Of a stretch of 64,000 nt of DNA, positions 35,716-48,468 are shown piece after piece; the first letter of the stretch is position 1; each line of letters begins with the position of its first letter. A program made the translations under genes and the position numbers. Under the pieces are notes generated by a model that saw only the letters and a program-made list of their open reading frames with translations, had not been told where the DNA came from and did not search any database. Source of the stretch: Phoronis australis (Eukaryota; Animalia; Phoronida); contig NMRA01000102.1 of NCBI GenBank assembly GCA_002633005.1, forward strand, positions 197,515 to 261,514. The letters run 5' to 3'.

Positions 35716-38151
35716 TCAAATCCTTACGAGCACTATACTTTCCCTCATATAATATTGCTTGATGAAGTTAAAAAATCTACTTAGAAGTAATCTTTTTGAT
35801 CCGAACTTTTGGCTATAAATAAACTGTTTACCCAATAATAAAACAATGTTTTTAAAATTTTCCTTTTTATCAAAAAAGCCAAAAATAACATTGTTGCAGG
35901 AGAGAGTGCCGACACACTGGAGTTTTGCTTTGTTTAAAATTTCGTTATTAACTTTTGTCCAAAATGAATTTACTGTTTCACATTCCCAAAATAAGTGTTT
36001 CAAAGTCTCTTTCGATTGTCCACAAAAGGAACATTCGTAATTTGAATTATTTTTAAAAATGAGTTAGTAGTCAAAATTCTTGTCAAGAGTCTGAACTGAA
36101 GCCATCTGATTCTTAGGTCTCTTCTTGTGTTATATAGAATGGAATAAACATCTTCCCATGAAAAATTATTTGCATTCACGTTCAGTTCTTTGCCCCATTT
36201 TGACTCCGCTTTTGAGACTTCGGAACTATAATTTAATTGTGTACAAATAAGTGGACACCCTTGCCCACCAGTTTCATTAAAATCGTTGGCACAACAGGAC
36301 ACCGGCCCGTAGCCAGGGAGGTTCGGGGAGTTCAATCGAACCTCCCCCCCTCGCGGAAAAGGTCCAACCCCGACCTATCCGTTAAAGATGGGATTTAGAT
36401 GGACAACAACAACAAAATTGTTGCAGTTACTGGTACTACTAACTATAATGATAACTAAGTCACTAACAATTTTGAATTTAGTTCACGTAATTATCGGTCC
36501 GTACCCGTTCAACTTCGTCCGAATGATGTTTGATGATAGGATCGTGCAGACGATTAGAGGAGGCTTTATGTTATTCGTCGGCATTGAACGCATGTGATGG
36601 TTACACCGTAGGGAAACAAGGGAGTCTAGAAGTAAATGTCAATACCTAGATAGGATATGTAGCAGCGAGAGAGCTCCCAATAAGTAGTGCCGTGTGAACG
36701 TCTTAAAATCGACCAAGAAACAAAATAGCAGAAAGTATGTTTATCTGCTATTTTGATAATGGCAAAGTACGATAAATTGCAGAATTTTCAAATTTCCACT
36801 TTGGTTGTGGGTTGGTGGATGACATGCATGCGTGTACACGTGCGTGCGTTTCCACTCTTTTAAATTCAGTACACGCCGATGATAATTAAATTCACTACAG
36901 GGGGCAGTCCTCCGTCGTTGCTCAAAAATCTACATGGGGGGCGCACCATGGGGGGGTTGGGGGCTATAATCCCCACTTTTTTTAGTGCTGCGCCGCCCAT
37001 GGTCTAAATTAAGAAGACTGAATGGGACTCTCCGACTTCGTGATGACTGGCAGGGACAGGGTAGCCTACTAACTACGTTTAGTTTCGACCCGGCCATGCG
37101 CGTGGTTACTATGGGTGAGTTTGAGGGGCAGCAGCCCTAAACTAGCTCAGTCACGCTGTGAAATGATACGGCCTTGCATGGATTTGATGAATGTATCGTG
37201 GTTGATAATTCATCAATATTCCTACTTTATAATCTTTTAAAAATTCAAGTAAATTACGTACTCATTTTCCGTATTCTAAAGACATGCGGGCAATTTCGCA
37301 TGCACTTGGAATCCGGGCGTTGTTGAGCATAGGTACACCACCTAGTGCATCTAATAACCCAAGTGTCGTTTATTTTTGCAGGTAAAAGGGGATGTCTGAT
37401 ACACCCAAGTCCGAAACTTTAGATCTTTTAGGAGTAGTGAACCTTCAGACTAGTGAACCTTAATTTGGAATACTGTATGGGCTGTTCCCATTTCCAGTGA
37501 TGTAAGCTAGTTAAGTAACACGCAAAATACAACCAGATCAAAATATTCAAGTCGATCATGCTCCAATTAAATATTTCCGTCCGAGAATGTAATGAGGTGT
37601 AATCACTCATTTAAAGCACGCCCGGATTGAAAGTTTGGCGGGGGTAACGCGGGAACATTCTCTTTCTGGACCACATTACATCCGAATTTGAGTCCCGTTC
37701 TTTGTGAACAAGCGTCAGGGCATCCTCATTTCTGGTATTACGAATTCCGTTTGATCTTGGGAACATAGAGCTGACAGTCGTCGTTGTGAATATAGATGAA
37801 CCTTCCCCCTAGTAAGCTGTGTCAAGGGCCTTACCGAAAACTCTACAGTGTCGACTTTTGTAAAATATCAAAGGTCCACCGTACTACTAGAAATTCGAAC
37901 CACCCCCCCCCCGCGCAATGCTGTCCACGGGCCTGGGACAATGGGCATCTAAACTAACAACTCTATCAATACCACATTTCTGTTGGTACTTTTAATATCA
38001 CTGAAATTAGACTATTATACTCCATAAAGTTCCACAAACATCCACAAAAATCTCGGTTCAAAATATTACCGTCTGGGGAAAACAAGTCCTTTATTAAGAC
38101 TATGCCTCCATGGCTCCATGGGTATGAATTCTTAGTTGATTCCTGCTTCAT
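35716..38151 (-). mobile_element. L1/Tx1-like non-LTR retrotransposon ORF2 C-terminal relic, interrupted by an insertion
   Basis: W..GGIVLIKDLFSPDG..NFMEYNSLIS (37966-38151), then SKW..EL..WEDVY..IRWLQFRLLTRILTTN and CSFC..ETLKHLFWEC..V.SFW (zf-RVT-type), with frameshifts. Confidence 0.75.
36302..37935. mobile_element. Non-autonomous hAT5-like element with 5-bp TSD
   Basis: Ends ccggcccgtagcc / tccacgggcctg. ggaca is duplicated at 36297-36301 and 37936-37940. Contains a 69-bp MITE at 36933-37001 (atcta/gtcta flanks). Confidence 0.75.
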
Positions 38152-40706
38152 CTTTCAAGATTGACGCCAATGATGCAACAGCAAGTGAGAGAACTTGGAT
38201 TGGCTGAAATCATCCTTTTTAAGAAAGAAATCACGTGAACATTCATACACCCTTTGTCAAAGTTTGGACAATATGGTCGTTGCTGGGTGGACCTCTCCCA
38301 CAGTTGCCGCGTAATTGGCAAAAAGCGTAGGTTATGCTTACTCGTTTAGCAAACTTTGAAAGGAGTGTTCAAAATTTTCGGCCAGATTTTGAGGGTTGCC
38401 TGTTTGAGACAACTGAGTTGGAAAGTCTTTTTTATTATTGGTCAATAGGCCAAACCCGGATTCGGTATCCTTTTAAAAATGCAAGAACGTGCTTAGCTTT
38501 CCGTATTCGGACATGCAGGCAATTTCGTATGCGCATGAAATCAATAATACGTGTACGTTGTTTTCGGTATACATAAGTACACCACCCAGCGCATCTTATA
38601 ACCGAAGTATCGTTTACTTTTGCATGCAAAAGTATAAAAAATAAACTTAGGTTCGAAAATTTAGATATTTTCGGAGTAGAGCCTTCGGAGTAGTGATGGT
38701 TCATAGTACGCTGTGCCCGTTTTCAGCGACTATGTAAGAAACACTGATATTTCCCGCAACATAAATTTTAACTGAGCACCGATTTGTCTGTACAACACAC
38801 CACATTTACACTTGCTCCGTCATGCCAAACTTGCATGACTGATGAACTGAAGTCACGGTAAATGTGGTCTGTTGTAGGCCCTACAGACAAATCGCGGGTG
38901 CTTAAAATTTATGTTCAGGAAATGTGAATCCTAGAAATTGTGGTTGCGCCTTTTCAGAGTGCATCTCAGTTCTAATGTCGATGACTTATAAAGTGTTTAC
39001 GACACTGTCCTGTATATGTTACGAATAACACACCGTTAAATCGGTCAGATATTATGTGTTTATTCTACGTGTATGTGCTTCAAGCACGCGGCTATTAAAG
39101 TCACTGCAGAAACGAAATAGTTGCTGCGACGTCTCTTGCCTCGCTGCGTGTCCCCTACGTGCCTAGCCAGCTAGCTACCACCTAGCGGCACGCATAGAGC
39201 CAGCGAGCGCCACTTGCATGACAAGGCTAAAAATCGTTCACAGTTCGCCATTTTTCACGGTTGTAAAGCAAACCAATGACTGCTGAGGTTACATAAACCA
39301 ATGCTAAAGCTCGTGCCACTTCGTGATACCTGCGTGCTGGCTAGGCCGCGGGCACGTAGGGGACCAGCGAGACCTCGCTGGTTCCCTGCGTGCCGCTAGG
39401 TGGGGCGGTAGCTTGAGCAAACTCCCCTCCCGGCCAGGAAATTGTTCTGTTTTTTCCTCTAAAAATCAAGCATTTTCCTTGATTCCCGAAGTATTATCCA
39501 AGAAAAAATGAGAAAAAAAACGAAGAAAGTGTCAAACAGGAAAAACTGTAAGCGCCACAGACTCGTGCACCGCCATGATTTAACTCCTAATTTGATACTA
39601 AGAGACCTACTCACTTGTTTATAATCCACGGCGTTTGCGCGCGAAACCTTCTTTTTGTAATGCTTAATACATGTTTTATATTTTATGCAATCAGTTTGTA
39701 ACAAATTTGTTGTATTTAAAATAGTCTTCAATCGCCCAAAAGACCAAACCCGTTTTTTGTGTTGGCAATAATGACGCGATTGCTTTGGAAATCGTCTTAA
39801 GTTAAGGTTTGACAAAGAGAGAATTGTGAGTTTCTGAGTGATTCACTAAGGCTTCGATTAAAATTGACATCTTATCAGCAACTTCTGTTTTTTTCATCAT
39901 CACAAAGATTCTATTTTCTTTAAAAAATGAAGTAATTTTATTTTCTTCATTGCACAGTAGAGCAGACGACATCGTAGTGCCCAGCGCCACTCCCGGTCGC
40001 CTGAGATATCGTGGGAGAGCCTATACTTAGCCCCCCCCCAACACTAAAAGTGCACACATTTAAATCTTGTTTCAGACGTATAATTTTAATTACTGGGCCC
40101 AATTGATAAACTCAACATTTCACTATGCTCTTGCTGTTTTATTTTTTGCGGCAGCCAATGAGGGGGGGNGGGGGGGGGGGGGCTAAATCCGTCTATGCTA
40201 CTTGAGTTTGTAAAATCTGAATTTAGGTTGACGAGAAAAGAAATACTCTAATGAATACCCTAATGAGAAAAATACACTAAATGGCCGGTTCGTGGCAGGC
40301 AGCGATCGAGGAATGAACGATATCAATAACATGACCTAATTTCATTTAGTACAAATAAATAAAATCGGAAAATGAATGTTGTTACTATTCAGTTTATATC
40401 GTATATTAAGTATAAGAATGGCCGGTATAGTCATGCACTAGGCCTATATAACACAGTGGAATATCATTTTCTTATTAACAGCATTTTGGAGAACAGTGTC
40501 TGAAACATAGACATCACAGTATTAAGATGTCTATGGTCTGAAAGTTTCAAATGATTTCCGCGATCATGCAGCCAGTGACATGCCCTCCACGTTGGGAGGG
40601 ACATTCGCTCAGTTGGGCGCAAAAGGTGGCGCTAATGTTGTTAGCGGAAATAACTTAGTCATCTGCTGACATGTCGAAGAAGAAAGTTTGAAAACATTGT
40701 GGCGAG

Positions 40707-40793
40707 ATGCAACTTGGAGGGTTCAGCAGATTTTATGTATATATAGCACTCGTCTTTACCTGTTTTGCCTCAGAAAAATGTTCCAGCGAATGG
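40707..40793 (+). CDS. Probable glutaminyl-peptide cyclotransferase exon 1 (signal peptide/anchor)
   Basis: MQLGGFSRFYVYIALVFTCFASEKCSSEW |gtaggt. Phase 0 fits the downstream QC exons, with promoter-like CpG-richer sequence upstream. Linkage to the QC exons is inferred. Confidence 0.55.
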
Positions 40794-41063
40794 GTAGGTT
40801 GAATTCTCAAAATATTTGAGGTATTTAACTTTTGTTCTTGTTCAAAAAATGTCCTATTCAAATTGATTCTGTCGTCGATGAGTATCGACATGACTCGGGA
40901 GTCGTGGCGCATTCGAGTCCATTCCAGGACCACTTGGCACTTACTGCACGGCCACTGCGATTGGGCCTGAGCTCAGTCGGTGTAGAATTAGAGTACTCAA
41001 CCGTCAGTTTTTGACTTTGAGTTGAAGACTGAAACTTCACCTCTACTTTTTAAGTAAATTAAC

Positions 41064-41223
41064 CAGTGCTGTAGTGGGGCGTAGGCGCACGTACGCGCAG
41101 CCAACCACCTTTGCTTTGGCATTTGTACGTAGCGTCTACGCATGGTAAGTTACGTTCAATGTTCAAGGTGATACGGTGGGCAATGGGCATCCACTTTCCT
41201 CTAATTTTACCACTGCAGCACTG
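41064..41223. mobile_element. hAT MITE with 8-bp TSD
   Basis: TIRs cagtgctgtagtgg / ccactgcagcactg, aaattaac on both sides. Internal sequence is the reverse complement of ~5270-5395. Confidence 0.85.
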
Positions 41224-41524
41224 AAATTAACAGTGTATGTGAGCTGGCTATGATGATTCTCGAGGTGGAGTGCTCGCAGGATATTTTTCTGTGTGCCAGT
41301 TCCAGATCAAATATCAAGACTATGGGGTTAGTGAGTGGCTATTATTATTTGAAAAATCCTTAGAGTTAACACTTAACATTAACAAATGTTTAAGTTCATC
41401 AAACATCAACCGTGCACTAAATTTCAGTAAATACCTTTTGTAAGTTTTTGGAGAACTAATCAAGTTTGACTCATAGTGACCTAGACAGTGACCACCATCT
41501 CTAGCTGCCCCCAGTAGAGACAGA

Positions 41525-41993
41525 AATTTTTCAGCGAATTATGCTTCACACTGTTTAAAACATTAAAGTCACGTTGTTATTTTAAGTACCTTTTGCGCAC
41601 AGAAGGACACCTCAGGAGGCTGTTGGTGTCTTTAACTCCTTCCAACTCGAACAAACACTTCCATAATCAAACTTTTTCTTTGAGCAGTCCTTCGTTCAGT
41701 TGCCCAAATCGACAACTGGCTGTTATTAAAACTGTGGGTGCTCTTGGCAGTGCGATAAAAGCAGGAGTGTGCGTAGTGTAAAAATGGTCTGTTGCCTATT
41801 TGGGCAACTGAACAAAGGACTGCTCGAAGAAAGAGTTTGATTACAAGAGTACTTTTGCAGTTGGAAGGAATTAAAGACATGAACGGCTTTTAAGGTGTCC
41901 CTCGGCCTCCTGAGGTGTCCCTCTATGTGCAAAAGGTACTTAGATGACTTAGATGCTTTTATCAGTGTGACGCATAATTCGCCAAAAAGTTTC
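41525..41993. repeat. Foldback element, ~200-bp arms
   Basis: gcgaattatgc..aagtaccttttgc..ggacacctcaggaggc..cagttgcccaaat is mirrored by atttgggcaactg..gcctcctgaggtgtcc..gcaaaaggtactt..gcataattcgc. Confidence 0.8.
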
Positions 41994-43366
41994 CGTTGTA
42001 TGAAGCTCCTGGTGTTACCTTTTTATGGTCCAAAAGATTGTAAAATATACTCCCGATAACTATCAAGTTCACCTCATAACGTTTTTGATTTGATAAAAAA
42101 TTCATTTATTTCTCAAAGTTCTTCATTTAACCAGGTTAAGCAGAAATTCAACCAAAATTCTTTCAGTGAATCAACCAGATGCTCTAATAACTTTTAGAAT
42201 TGGTGCAAAGATGAACCCTGAACAACACTTGATGACTTTGACATAAGTTTACTTAACTTCTTCCAATACTTAGTAAATTATCTGAGAAGTGACTTGGAAG
42301 TAGAACACTGAGTGCGCTAGGTTGATAATCCTCCCATGTAACTTGCCAGCTGAAAGTTATCTCTCTGTATCATGTTTTATTTTTGAAGTAGTTACCACAC
42401 ATGGTATGATCGGTTTTCCTAAAGAAATTGCAAAATCTGTAATGGAACATGGGCAGGTTACTCAAATTGTGAATAAAGTTAAAAGGCATGAAAATTATTT
42501 GAACAATGAAACTGACACCTAAAAGTTTTAACTTTATTGTTTAATGCAACTAAAGCATTTGAATCAAGTTGATCTGTACCCTCAGTATCTATCAAGCTGA
42601 TCCGTATCCTCAGTATCTTTTCCATTGGGGAAAATTGGGACATGAAGTAACTTGCCTTAGCTAATTTGTCAGTTACATCTTGCCCCACATGGTATTTTGA
42701 AAAGGTTATCTGCAGCTTGGAATGATTGTTAAGGAAAAGGAAAGATTCACGACTGTGTTATAAAGAAGGTTTAATAGTGGTGATAATGTAGTCAGTTGTG
42801 AAAACTATAAATAAGTTCATAAGATTGGTCTCATAATACTCCTTACTGTGACAGGATGGTACAAAATGAAATGCCCCTTTAGCATATTTTTAGTTTCATA
42901 AATAGCTGTACGCTAAGAATGTTAGGTTTTCACATCCTTTGAATGTTATTCCCTGAGATTTGAAGGTTATGTGTCCTCACTTCATGTCTAATATGTTCAT
43001 CTTAACAATGAATGCTGTCTCTCTCCTCATTTACCTGCAACTATAACTGATGTGTGGGCACTGGCGTTCTAATTATGAGCTCCTTCAGTTGTAACCTGTT
43101 ATAATTGAGCACAACTGGCGTCACATTATGCCACATGTTGGTGCACCTTTTGTTCCTGAATTTTTGCGATCAAAGACGGTAATTAAAAATCCATTTACCA
43201 TAAATGCACATGAACGCATCTCAACTCTACTCGTAAGTAATTTCTTGTAAACATCAACAGCATATTACCGGGGTAGTTAATTTTGAATTGTGGAACAGTG
43301 GAATTTCACAAATTTTATCAAATTCCTCAAAAAAATGGAAATTTTATTTATACATCTGTGTAATTA

Positions 43367-44806
43367 TTATGTGCCCATTATAAGTGGGTGCATATCACTG
43401 TCATCTCTGTGTCTCACATAAACCCCTAATAGGATCTTGATGAGATTTGGTAGATGTGTTCGTATGAAACTTACGTCGGATGATGACGGATTTCGGTCCT
43501 ATCCAACTACCCATGTGCCCCTAAGTGGGAATTTTAGTTTTTTACGTTTACCTCTGTATCTTCGGATATCCTCCGTGGATTTTTCATAAAATTTGGCAGA
43601 TAGGCATCTATTAGTGAGATGACGCTATCCTTCCGTTTTCAGATGTGTTCGAGGTATTTTGCCTCACCTAGTGGCCATTTTACTGTTTTCAATTTTTTCG
43701 GCATCCACCCCTCTATCAACCAAACCACTTCAAGGATGATTGTGAACATTGGCATATATGTTCTTTACTTTGAAGAGAGCGGCTGGCCGTGATTTTCCAA
43801 TGACTTCAACTACTGTGAAGCATCCTAGTGGCAGTTACGTATGTTTGTTTTTGCGCCCATGGCTGTATCTCCTAAATGCTCTTCAGGATCTTTATTAAAT
43901 TTTCCAAATGTGTATTTGTATGAAGTTGACAACCGAAGGTGACGACTTTCGGACAGATAGAAGTACCGCAGTGCTCCGTAGTGGCAATTTTAGTTTTTTA
44001 CGTTTACCTCTGTACCTTCAAAGATCCTCAACGGATTTTCATAAAATTTGGCAGATAGGCATCTATCATTGAGTTGACGCTATCCTTTCATTTGCGGATA
44101 AATTCGAGGTGTTTTGCACTACCTAGTGGTCATTTTTACTGTTTTTGCATTCGCCCCTCTGTCAACCAAACCACTCTGAAGATGATTGTGAAAATTGGCA
44201 TATATGTCGCTACTGAGAAGAGGACGACTGTGGCTGTTTTTTTTTATGCCCATGACTTTATCTCCCAAACCATTTGTTGGATATTTGTTAAATTTAGCAA
44301 GTTAGTGTATTTATATGAAGTTGACAATGGAAGATGACAACTTTCTGATGAATCCGACAAACGTGCCCCCTAGTGGGAATTTCATTTTTTATGCATTTTT
44401 CTCTGTTTCTTGACGGATATTTATGACATTTGGTAAATACCTTTCTATTAAAAAAATGACATGTTCCTGTTTTCAGATAGATTCAACATATGTTGCTCCA
44501 TCTAGTGGCCATTTTTACTGTTTTCTAGTCTGTTTTTGGCATCTGCCCCTATATCAACCAAACACTGAGGTTGATTTTGAAAATTGGTTTTGATGTTTCT
44601 ACTGTGAAGAGGCTGGTCGATGAGGATTTTCGGACGACTTGGACTATTGTGGCGCCTGCTTGTGGCATTTTTTTGGGTCTATGGCTGTATCTCCTGAACC
44701 CTCTGCAGGATATTTATTAAATTTATGATGCAAATAAACACCCCTATATGCACACTGTTTGCAGTGCAGTAATGGGCACATTTCAACGCTCAGCATTGTT
44801 TGTGTT
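43367..44806 (+). mobile_element. HINE family A, diverged copy
   Basis: 5' atgtgcccattataagtgggtgcat, 3' atgggcacatttcaacgctcagcattg, internal cctagtggc modules. Confidence 0.65.
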
Positions 44807-45236
44807 GAACAGCTTTGACCAGCCACCACGTGGTACAACTTTAAACCTAAATGAAACCAGTGTCATTAGTTTTCCCTTTAATGTTATGTAGAACCGTAGA
44901 AAAACGTCCAAATTTGGCTTACTACAATACATGGTTGATCTAATTCAAATTTAATATTCAGATGCTTTGCTGCAAACCAGTGTTAGAAATGACTGACTTT
45001 GTATGAGGAACCTTTATGATGTTCATGGACAAACTCAAAATTTGCATAAAATGAAAATGAAATGATTAGAGAAATGGAACACCGTGTTTTGAGATTTTGT
45101 CTTGATCATTGATATCAAATAAAATTTGACCATGTTTTACTACGCATGTACCTTTTTTCGCTAAATTTTACTAAAGGACTGCTTACATGACGGATACTTT
45201 AAATTTCATTGCTCTGTAGATATTTAACTTGATGCA

Positions 45237-45986
45237 CTTGTCTTATAAGACACTACAGACTGCTTGATATACAGACTTGTCTATAAGACACTACAGACTG
45301 CTTGGTACACAGACTTGTCTATAAGACACTGCAGACTGCTTGATATACAGACTTGTCCATAAGACACTATAGACTGCTTGATATACAGACTTGTCTATAA
45401 GACACTATAAACTGCTTGATATACAGACTTGTCTATAAGACACTGCAGACTGCTTGATGTACAGACTTGTCTATAAGACACTACTGACTGCTTGATGAAC
45501 AGACTTGTCTATAAGACACTATAGACTGTTTGATATACAGACTTGTCTATAAGACACTATAGACTGGTTGATGTACAGACTTGTCTATAAGACACTACAA
45601 ACTGCTTGATGTACAGACTTGTCTATAAGACACTATAGACTGTTTGATATACAGACTTGTCTATAAGACACTATAAACTGCTTGATGTACAGACTTGTCT
45701 ATAAGACACTGTAAACTGCTTGATGTACAGACTTGTCTATAAGACACTATAAACTGTTTGATATACAGACTTGTCTATAAGACACTATAAACTGCTTGAT
45801 GTACAGACTTGTCTATAAGACACTATAAACTGTTTGATATACAGACTTGTCTATAAGACACTATAAACTGCTTGATGTACAGACTTGTCTATAAGACACT
45901 ACTGACTGCTTGATGTACAGTCTTGTCTGTAAGACACTACAGACTGCTCGATATACAGACTTGTATGTAAGACACTACAGACTGCT
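45237..45986. repeat. 38-bp minisatellite, ~19 copies
   Basis: Unit acagacttgtctataagacactatagactgcttgatat. Confidence 0.95.
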
Positions 45987-46292
45987 ACATAACCTTTAAC
46001 TGAAACCACTTCCTCATCTTCATCGCGGTGTTAGTGAATGACTGTTAGACGTATGGATTGTTGTTTTTCAATCCTCAAAAATTCCTAAAGGTGTAAAATT
46101 TCACGAGTTGACCATGGGCAGTAAAAAAAGTGCCGTACATGCAAGTTGCCTTCAGGAAGGTTAAAGGTTGCCTAAAATGGCTTGTGTTTTCTCAAGTGAA
46201 TCTATTCTTAGTGTTACTTATTGTGTGATAACAAGTATATGTTAATTTTGGAGTCATCTAACGCTAATCCACCCATTATTTTCTTATTACAG

Positions 46293-46415
46293 AAAGGTGT
46301 CGGCAGGTTACAAGGAATTGTTTCCGCCCGCAATCTCGAGCGGAATTTAGATGACCTCATATCCAACATGAAATATTTCCGCACAGATTTGCGTGACTAC
46401 CTTAGGTCTATGAAG
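46293..46415 (+). CDS. Candidate additional symmetric (phase 0-0) exon in the QC gene
   Basis: ttttcttattacag| KGVGRLQGIVSARNLERNLDDLISNMKYFRTDLRDYLRSMK |gtgcta. 123 nt, open, branch-point-like gctaat upstream. No recognised homology. Confidence 0.4.
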
Positions 46416-47272
46416 GTGCTATAACTGTTTGTAGTACTGTTATGCTACTAGAACTCCATATAAGTTATGCTACTATAACCTCATATAAGTTTGCTTCAAT
46501 ACCCATTAGTCCCTATTTGATTTTTTTGAAAACTGGGCCTACGGAAGGGTGCTTTTTTCAATTTAAATCTTTACAACAGAATTGCTTTACAAGTTAAAGG
46601 GTGGTGTTACTGAATGAAAACTCTACAAAAAGGTAGCCTTAGACAATTTGGTCTCTATCCACTCCTCATTCCTTAAGAGGGTGTGCCATTTTACCAGTTA
46701 CACAGCTGGTCAAAATATTGAGTACCCATTTCTGGATTAGAAACTTTTCATGAAAGATACACGGGCCATCAATCTTTAGTGGAGCTTTTGCATTCCTTAT
46801 ACTAATTAAATGTGCAGATAGATCAAATTTTGTTTCTATAATGCAGCTAGTTGTGATCCATACCTGACACCTTCATTAGGGTTAAAGTGGAAGGAAGGAA
46901 CTAGTTTTATTGAATCAAATGATGGTTTAGGCACAATGTATTGATCTATCAGATAACAGGATTTTTATGGCTCCGGCATACCATTGGTTTTTTCTTAGTT
47001 TGCTTTTGTTGTGTTAGACAAATCTTCTCATCGACTGACTGACTGACCCCAATTATCGATCAATAACAGGATTTGAATTAATACCTGTCTTCCCACTGCA
47101 GACCACAGATTCTCCGTTTTGTTATTCCTTGATGTTCTCAGTAGTGACACCTACATGTTGTTTGCTGTTGAATGTGTTGTTTCTGCTTTGTTGACTTTTG
47201 TGTGATGGCATGCATTGTTACTTTTAATGTGAAATTCCAGATATTGCTCCTTTTAAACTAATACTAGTATAA

Positions 47273-48468
47273 TTACTTGGCGAAATTTATTTCGCCAAGT
47301 ATGTTGGTCTTCCATCAATTTTTTTTTGTTTTTTTCTTTTTTTTTGTTCGCACGATACAGGTAGCAATTTTCATCCGATCATCACGAAATTTACACATAA
47401 CACGTAGTTCTGGAAGTACTGGAGGCCTATTGTTTTTTGTTATAATCGGATCCAAGATGGCGGCTGTGGTGGCCATTTTGTTTTCATTTTAAGATTCAAA
47501 GGCTTCTGGAGGCTACAATTTTTTTCTACAGTGCTGAAAATCAGCACAATTAATGGACTGGATGTGCACTACACGTATACTGGAAATTGTGTACTTCCGT
47601 TTAAAGATGGCGGAAATATTGGCACTAGCGCATGCGCACCTCGATTTTGGGAAAAAACGTTTTCTCCTGTAGAGGGCGCATTATAGGACCAATTCCTTCG
47701 AATTTTTCAGATATCATTTTTTATGACATGCTATTAAATAAAGCCAAAAAACAGGAAGTTGCTTTCAAGATGGTGGATCTGGCGCATGTTGATCCATTTT
47801 CAGTCGTTCTGAGGTGCCATTTTAACGGGAGGAGGAAATGACGTGAACTTCTGCATGTGGATTCTCTAAGGTATACTCTTTTAAATAAACTCTGACAATT
47901 TTTTTCTCAGATTTACCGTTTTTGAGTTATTTGACTTTTGGAATTTAAAAAAAAACGCAAAATTTCATTTTTTTCGAAAAATTTTTGGAATTGGGCGATA
48001 CCATCAGTTCAGATAGAGTTTTGAACGGGCTTTCAGAAGATGTTTTCCATTTTTCGCTAGGACGTCTACTTTTCAAATTATTCGAGATTTTCTGATAGCG
48101 CTGTTCCTTTGTTGAGCGCTTGATGTTGGTTTAGCTTCTATTGAAAAAGAGTGTAGCCTATTTCTTGCTGATTTATGACATCTAAGTGCTTCATATGAAT
48201 GTTATGATGTTCAACATCATCACCATCGTCATCATATTCGTCATCATCTTCGTCATCGTCTTTTCAATTAATTTCGCCAAGTGCCGCTCAAGACAGTAGC
48301 CTATACTTACTGATGTCTGGCCTCTACGTTCGTCTTGTGAATGTTATCATTACTTGAATTGTTCATCATCACCACCATCGTCGTCATATTCGTCATCTTC
48401 GTCATCATCTCTATCGTCGTCTTTTTTGTTAATTTCGCCAAGTGTCGCTCCTCGGAGCGTTTTCATTT
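47273..48468 (+). mobile_element. HINE family B
   Basis: 5' subTIR+IR acttggcgaaatttatttcgccaagt, and 3' subTIR atttcgccaagt plus hairpin cgctcctcggagcg followed by T-rich sequence. Confidence 0.75.

Noticed and set aside
45237-45986. CRISPR-like array
   Set aside because: Contiguous 38-bp units with no unique spacers, no cas genes, and a eukaryotic context. The same applies to the other minisatellites.
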